DNA of 64,000 nt from Marsupella aquatica (taxonomy: Eukaryota; Plantae; Marchantiophyta), in assembly GCA_973895155.1 (NCBI GenBank), contig OZ316896.1, positions 11,980,830 through 12,044,829 of the forward strand, written 5' to 3'. The notes under the pieces are model-generated. The model was not told the DNA's origin. It was given only the letters and a program-made list of their open reading frames with translations, and did no database searches. Both the position numbers and the translations under genes were made by a program. Below are positions 56,446 through 64,000 of the stretch, piece after piece. Every line of letters starts with the position of its first letter. The stretch's first letter is position 1.

Positions 56446-58930
56446 TTAATCTGATCTCATGCCGACTATTATTTTGGAAGCGTCCAAAATTGGGCGTCTA
56501 TTAAATTGCTCTACTAGATATCTATCTCCATGCCTCTGAATCACAGAGTCTTCCCATAGAGTATGATTATAATCATAATCTCTAAAAATAGATTTAACTG
56601 ACCAATCAGGATAATCTCTTCCATTGGCAATGACAAGCGGTTCACAAGAGTTTGCTAGCTTGCTAAGATACGGAATCAGCAAGTTAATCAGGAAACTGTC
56701 GTCGACCAACCCAAAATATTTGGGCGGAAATAGTGATCCAACAACAAGATCCAACAATGATCCAACAACAAGATCCAACAACAAGATCTTGTTGTTGATC
56801 CAACAACAAGATGATCCAACAACAAGATCCAACAATGATCCAACAACAAGATCTAAACAAGCATGAAAGGCATCAGATTTGATAAGCATTATATTTTTCT
56901 GCAGATACGCCTTCATATAAATTCCAACCTTCTCAAAACACTTCAAAAATATCCGCTTATTTGATGTCACCCCATCGCATAAATAACAATGAGACTGATC
57001 CCAAATATACTTAAATGAGGCCATTTTCATCGCAGTAAAAATAGATGCTAAAATTTGATCTGAAAGGTTCTTCCCAAGAGAGGACCAGATCCCTACATCA
57101 AAATTCTCAAAATAGAATCTCAAGAATTCGTGAAGATGAGGCCTTGGAAAAACATATATATTCCCAATCCGAATTCCAATTGAGACCGCCATCAGTCGGG
57201 AATGCGGTGCAGTGTAACAGAGTAGATGCTCCACGTCTAAAACTATGAGCCCATTTTCTCTGCTGCAATGAATCTCCTGTAGAGAAACACAAGAAGATGC
57301 ATGAGCCCGTATGGATGTAGTCACGCGAATGGTCGCGTCACATATTACAGAGACAACATCCTCTACACTCTGGCCATTGATAAGTGACGTCTGTTGAAGT
57401 GCTTGATAAGAACTTGATCCGCATGTCTCTGCACGTACAGATGCTCCCATATATCCTCGTTCAGATCCCAATCTTGATGTAGATTTCTAATCGACCAGAT
57501 GGGATAATCAAACTTGTTAGCGAACGCAAGACAAAGCCCTGAATTTGATAGCTTTCGTAAATATGGAATGAGGTCATCCCTCAAAAAGACATCATCCAAC
57601 GATCCTTGAAACGACTTAGTGAACAATAATCCGCATACAGCTGTCTGGCATGTATGGGAAGGATAGGCATCAATCTGGATTATATTCTCTGGTCGATAAT
57701 CTTGAAACATATCACGTAGTCTCTCGATAGATTTGAAGACAACAGTCTTATAATTTTTCTTCACATAACCAAGATTCCAGCAATGATCCCGCGTGAACAC
57801 ATATATCAGCTGCGACAGGTCGGTGCTTGACAACACTTCTGAAAGTATCTGATAAACCAATTTATCGTCGAGAATAGACCAGACCATCACATCAAAATGA
57901 TCATAACATAATTTTATAAGATCATGAAGATGCAGCCTCAGAACGACACATAGAGATCCGATACGAATTCCGGGTGTCGACTTGAGCTGAGGAGTATATT
58001 TTGAAATAGAGCACATGAAGTTTTCCAGTCCTAAAACTAGAAGTTGACGCGACCTGCTCCACTTAGACACCTGTAAATAAACAATTCAATTCTCATATTA
58101 TGCAATTGCAAACAACCACGCGACCGGGCGCGTCACTCCCAAAATATAAAGTTCAATTTCAATCAATTTATAAATAATAATTGATAATAAAAAACGTTTA
58201 CTTGTTGGACTTATCCCGGGCTTCTATAGCACGGTCTTTTTTGGCAGATAAGTATTTCATAAATTCGTCAAACTTTTCTAAATGGTCTTTATTCCCCTGA
58301 TTACAAATGATCACATTTCTCCTCCAAAGATTCGTCTTATCAATATAATCTTTCTCAAGATTTTCTTGAGAGAACGTTGGAATCCCATATCCACTAAGGA
58401 GCTCGCGGAATGTCAACTTGTCAATTGACATGTCGCATAGATATGGATATAGTTTCTTTCTAAAAAATAGGTCATCATCGAGCCCAGAATATGCATCGGG
58501 ATACAACGATGAATAGAAGTCATTAAGGCTCGTCTTATATGCAGCATCATCGATAAGAATGACATTCTCGATGTTGTAATCTTTAATATCGGCGGCAATG
58601 TCGGAGAGACATTTAACAAATAAGGGGATGTCATTATTATTCTTCCCAATAAGTCGAGTTGATTCTTGTCCCCATATAAATTTAATACGTTTCAAAACTT
58701 CGGGTCGAAGTATCAGCCTTACACAAGATAGAATATTTCATTTGAACATGCACGACCAGATTGCAATGTCGTGTAGATCTGCCACCTTCTCAAGAAATTC
58801 CATTAAATCAGGCCTTGGATAGATAACCTTGTGCATCTGTCTCACACCCCTTGACCGAATGGGCATCCCAGGCTGATCTTCTCTGACCAGATAAGTACCC
58901 GATTTAGATCAAAAATTACAAGTCTCTTTT
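56446..58930 (-). pseudogene. Three tandem FCP1/NIF (HAD-like) domains, likely catalytically altered
   Basis: Each unit: LVIFDL/LLVLGL/LIVLDV; RP.L.EFL..fDv.IWS; F.W.Q; .K.L; N.I.ID; Y.G..DD.F....L.PYL..L. None has an intact DxDxT motif. Confidence 0.7.
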
Positions 58931-59189
58931 GAACCGATGACTTCTTTGCCGATGGATGAGGCACCATATGTACCTGTGATTTTTGTGCCGCAGGGTTTGG
59001 AGAACATACTAGAACGGTCTGTTTGTTTCCCGCCTCTGAACGATCACCGGACTTCCGGACTGGTGCCTTCGATACTCGATCAGGGGGTTTCGAGATAGGC
59101 TTCTGTAAAACATTAAGAATAAAAATAAGTTTATAATGCGAATGGTCGCGTGACTACAAAGAGAGACACTGAAATGAAGTGTATTACCT

Positions 59190-59981
59190 GTACAAGACGG
59201 TCGTTCAGTGCTGGAATTCCGCCAGAAATGTCAATCATAGCAGCACGGATCCCGGTAACTAGGTTACTTGCGGACGTGGGCTTGCGGAAGTCCATGTCAA
59301 ATAACGACAAGACTATCTCCCTACGGAATTTCTCAATTTGATCCGCGGCAAAATTAATTTCGTTTCCTTGACACAAGCACTTGGCGTATCTCAAGATAAA
59401 CACACCACAATTGTGGCCGTCACTCTGGTGAGGAATATGATTCGGATATATCCGTTCCCAACCTGAGAGATCCAAGTTGACCCAGTTCTCCAGCCAATTT
59501 CGTCGGCGTAGTACTTCCCAACAATATCTAGCACCCCAGGATTTTGTCGATTATGAACTAGAGAATCTAGGTACTCGAGTCGTTTCTCCTTCGGATACAC
59601 AACTACCAATGACCAATGTTCTTTCACAGCATTGTGTACTGGAAAGACCAGTTTGTCATATTCACTGATTTTTAGCAGAAACTCCTTTGTCCAAGCTGCT
59701 CTCTCCTCATCGAAAATGGTAGGATCTATGGAGAGAAGCTCAAAATGGTGTGTTTGGAAGAATTTGACAAGGTCTGACTTTCCAACTCTATCGAGAATCA
59801 GTTTGAGAAAACTCAAATAAGCGTTAATTATATCATTGATGAGCGACTCGCGCGGTCTCAGACACATCATATATTTCCTCTTGATCGAGTGTTGTAAGAA
59901 CTTGGTCAATAGCTCTTCCATATCCTTAGAAGGATCAAGGCATTGATCTATTCGACTAGCCAAATTTTCAAAAAACTGCAA
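59190..59981 (-). pseudogene. Ulp1/C48 SUMO-protease-like domain
   Basis: LINDIINAYL, LVFPVHNAVKEHWSLVVVYP...YLDSL, PHQSDGHNCGVF (His-Asp-Gln-Cys), split by a frameshift. Confidence 0.85.
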
Positions 59982-62900
59982 AAAATAGAGATTTCAGTAC
60001 GCCTTCAAATAACGTACTGAGGTTGTAGCCTAAGGGTTCTACCTCAGAAAACAGAAACAATAACAAATCAATAATAAAATAATGATGTCTATAATAGAAA
60101 CTTTAAGCTTATAGCTTGCGAATGACCTTTGGATTGGGTGGATCCGGCCTTTTCGCAGCTGATCTCTTAGGTGTCTCCTTCGTAACAACATCCTTCAGCC
60201 CTCCTCGAGACCGCAGTGATCGCTCCACCGGACCAGTTTGCGAAGGTTGGAGCGATGAGGCAGGAAGACCTTCAAATGGTTGTGGCATTTGATTCAAATA
60301 TTCCACAATCTGGGAATCCGATTCCAAAATATTCGGTGCCACAATTTCTGCGCGAGTGACCTCTGCAATATATCGGGGTCGAGACCACGAACCCGGTCGC
60401 GTCAAGTCAGCTGTTAGTCTCTTAACGACTTGAGCCGAGTCTGGTGCCAAAGACGATCCCAGGTCTTGCACTCGATTCTCAGAAAAGTGGACATTATTGA
60501 TGATTGTCTCCATTATGGATGCAGTGGCAGTCTTCTCCTCGGTAATCAAAAGACCCTTCCAATATTGCAAAGCAAGGACTGCTTGGACTCGGAGCTGCTC
60601 CGGTGAATATTTATTCCAATCATCCAACGAGACCGTACTTAAGGGTGGATCGTTAAATTCAAACTCCGGGCGAAGAAAATAGTCTAATGTTTTCTTCTTA
60701 ACTGCAACTGAGGGTGAAGAAGGCTTCTTCAAATTCAGCTTTATTTTCGGTAGATGTTGTGCCTCAGGAATAAGCATAAGATCCTTGGCCCTCTCGGCCT
60801 CCTTCCTCGCTGCCTCCAGTCTTGCGGCTTCTTCTCTCTCCAGTCTTGCGGAATCAACCTTTTCCGCCTCCAACTTCTCCGCCTCCACCCTCTCCGGTCT
60901 TGCGGTCTCGTCCGCCATCCTCTCGGCCAGCAGCCTCTCAGCTGCCACACTCTCCGCCTTGGCCCTATTTACCTCTATCACTAAAACAACTCTCGCAGCC
61001 TCCGTTTTCTCAGCCTCGGCTTTCTCAGCCACCGCTTTCTCCGCCACTGCTTTCTCAGCCTCGGCTTTCTCCTTCTTCTTTGCGGCAGTTGCTTTTCTAG
61101 CTGCCACCTTTTTCTTCTTAGCCTTCTTCTTTTGAAGCTCCTCTTGTCGGGCCGCCTCTTGTCGGGATGCCTCTTGTCGGGACGCCTCCTCCTGCCGGGC
61201 CGCCTCCTTCTTTTGAAGCTCCTCTTGCCGGGCTGCCTCCAGCCGGGCCGCCTCCTCTCGGTCCACCTCATGTTGAGGCTCCTGTGTGGCCTCTTCATCA
61301 GAGTCCTCAGTGTCCTCAAAACCCTCCATCTCCTCGTCCTCTTCATCAGCATCCTCAGCATCCTTCATCTCCTCTCCGTCACTCTCTTCATCTCCTCTAT
61401 TGTCAGAATCTCCGATGTCATTCTGCGTATCGGTCATCCACTCTGGATCTTGGTCATTGACATCCCCATCCGCGTCACCTTCCCCCTCACCATCCGCATC
61501 ACCATTGCTCCTTGCATCCTCAACATTGAAGCCGCAGTCGACTTGATCTGAATAAAATCAGATCATTTGATAAGAATGACTCACGCGCATATTCGCGTGA
61601 AAAGAAATGTTAAGAATGTCCACGCGCACGTTCGCGTGACGCAATAGAAAGTAAGAGGTTTCAAAAGTAACCTACCTTGGATTGGCCCACTAGGGTACTC
61701 CGTTGGTCGAATGTATAATCGATCAGAATCTTCAAAGAGTGCATACTCTTGCAATAATTGATTACAAATATTATCAGGGATATGTTGTTCGTGGAGGACA
61801 TCCAAAACATCAGCCCTGAGAGCAGTTACGGATGGACAGTACTTCATTAATTTATCTATACATTTTTCTATACTAGCCCGTACTGGGTCAATCAATGACA
61901 GCATTGTATCAATTGTCGCCGTGGTGTGTTGCAAGAAACAAGACAACTCCCTATGCGTTGCGACAGGGCAATAATATTTTACATTGGATCCAGCATCCTG
62001 TACAAAAAGCCAAAATTAGTTTACAATATTAATTGAGAATATAATAATCTAAATAATCTTAAAATCGAAACCCCAAAATATAAATCTCAAAACTTACCAT
62101 TAAGCACTGGATCAAGTTCGTTCCCTCACTGAAGCATATAGCCCATTCCCCACATTGGACGAATTGACTAACAATACTTTCAAAGAATGGAAGTATCTTT
62201 TCTGGGGAAGGTGTCGTGAACTCGCCGCTCTCTTCAAAATTGGCTATCTTCTCAATCCGATATTTGGAGACCAATTGGAACTCGAGGGCTTGTGGATCGC
62301 CCATTGTGCTGAAGGCCAAGCTGTGAAAAGTGTAGGTTACAATAAGCTTCTTCTCCTTCGGCCGCTTCTGAATATAATGGCTATCGACAGCAACGTAGTG
62401 TGTGTACTTCCCTAATTCCCGTTTGATTAAGTAAGACTCAACGGGAGAGGCTACAATAATAACCACATGGTGTGGTTTTGCCCCTATCTCGCTAGTAGCA
62501 CGAAATAACCCCTCATAGAATGAGCAATTTGGCGGACGCAAATCTCCCATTGATGAGGAATCAAAATAAATCAAGCTCGCAAGGTTCTTGTCTTCACGTA
62601 TGATAAGTACAGTCTGCAAACCCAGCATTTTGTATATCCTGCAGGGATCGCAATTTCAGCCTCTCACTGACCGGCCGCACTAGTTGGTTTGCTTGACTAT
62701 CAACTGATTTCTATATTCCTTCCACCAACCTGTAGAATATCGGGTCGATCTCTTTCAACAAATTATCATTACTAATATTTACATTTAAGCACTTCTTCAA
62801 ATAACCACTCAACGCATCTCTCAACTGCTTCAACACCATCTTGTCGAGCTTAAAATGATCAATCATTCCTTTGACCCGTAATTTCTGCGCTGAATCTGTC

Positions 62901-64000
62901 AGACTTTTCAGCTCCGTCCGGGTGGATGTATCCCCGTTGAGTTTACTCAATAATAAAATCTCAAACTCAACTTTTGTCTTCTTCTTTATACAGAATTGCT
63001 CCAAACTCATGCTGGTCGTTGACAACACTGGAGCCTCAGAGGACTTCCTCGCCTTCCCAGATTTCACTTTGATGCTTCGGTTTTTGAGTATAGATAGTCT
63101 TCCGCTCAACATATATTCTGCTGCCTTTTGAAGAACCGAGTCTGAGCACCCTTGACAAGAACGGAACGTCTTCTTTGGAAGATGATAAGCACATGGATTA
63201 TCCACAATTTTGACAGCGTCCCTCTGTAAAATTTTGTTGTAAATTACAAGCTCTCCTCTCCTTGATAGTTCGTAGACCTCCATCCACTTCTTGAATGTTT
63301 CGTCCTCCATTGTAAAGAGAAACGGAGCCAATTCTCCAAATTTCATCATTTTGTTCCTCCCCATTTGAGCCCATGGGCAAACAAAACTCGTAGCTCTCAT
63401 AAATACCTGAAAAACAATGGAAACATGACAATTCTAAGACTGACGCGACCGTTTGCGTGAGAAAAATTCTAAGCTTGACGCGACCGTTTGCGTGACAAAA
63501 GTTTAACGATAATATGATCGAAGAGGGTTATTTATATACCTTCCAATTTGGATGACGATAATGTGATCCAGGCCGCCCAAATGAGTTCCAGATATTACGA
63601 CACTGTCGTACAATGGTGAGAAACTGTCCTTCTTCCATTGATGTTTGATGACAGTGGTTCAGAGCTTTCGATAATCCCATCAAATGAACATTATTGTCGT
63701 TGTTGAGCGTTGCCCAAAACATTACAGCTTCTATAGTACCGCAAGCGTCTCGTACAACTTGGCTGACTTTGTCGTCCTCTTTCAGCAATTTGTACGCCAT
63801 TATTGTGTGCTGGCCTCCGAGTATCCAAAAATGACTGGTCATAATGTCCTCCTCCTTTAGCGCCGAATCGTAGGGCGCCCCATTGTAGTCGGGATCTCTG
63901 TCGGCCTCCGACTGAACCCACTTCACAGGGACTAAAAAGCAATATTGCTTTTCGAACTTTATAGCCGAATGAGAGAGGAGTGAATTCTTTAGCCTATCTG

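Larger units (their letters stand above)
56446..64000 (-). pseudogene. Large multi-exon, probably transposon-borne gene (continues past window end): unknown N-terminal region, acidic/coiled-coil region, Ulp1 protease, three FCP1/NIF-like domains
   Basis: Co-oriented ORFs separated by short AT-rich GT-AG introns. Frameshifts at ~59480 and ~58890, stop at ~58738. Confidence 0.7.

Noticed and set aside
60497-61551. Several overlapping + strand ORFs
   Set aside because: Antisense shadows of the low-complexity - strand exon 60109-61437.

Overview
Eukaryotic nuclear DNA from a plant; a non-seed land plant is my inference from gene content and transposon types. Host genes: HemD/uroporphyrinogen-III-synthase-like (+), VIT1 vacuolar iron transporter (-), katanin p60 (+), TraB-domain protein (-), 2-oxoglutarate dehydrogenase E1 (-) and a CCHC zinc-knuckle protein (-), plus an inverted partial katanin duplicate and several tandem repeats. 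The main discovery candidate is a ~9.8 kb Ty3/Gypsy-like retroelement (13047-22849, - strand). Its decayed polyprotein reads Gag-protease-DNMT3-like C5 cytosine methyltransferase-RT-RNaseH-DDE integrase-PHD finger. Its ends are split direct repeats (X...Y-X-Y) with an internal CA-GC-TG junction rather than two LTRs, and its leader holds a 7-copy palindrome array. A second candidate is a large degenerate multi-exon gene at 56446->64000 (-) with a possible ParB-like motif, a possible MTase-like remnant, a Ulp1 protease and three FCP1-like domains; its introns and 3' flank carry eight copies of a CG-rich 20-bp palindrome. All calls come from reading the sequence; no searches were run.
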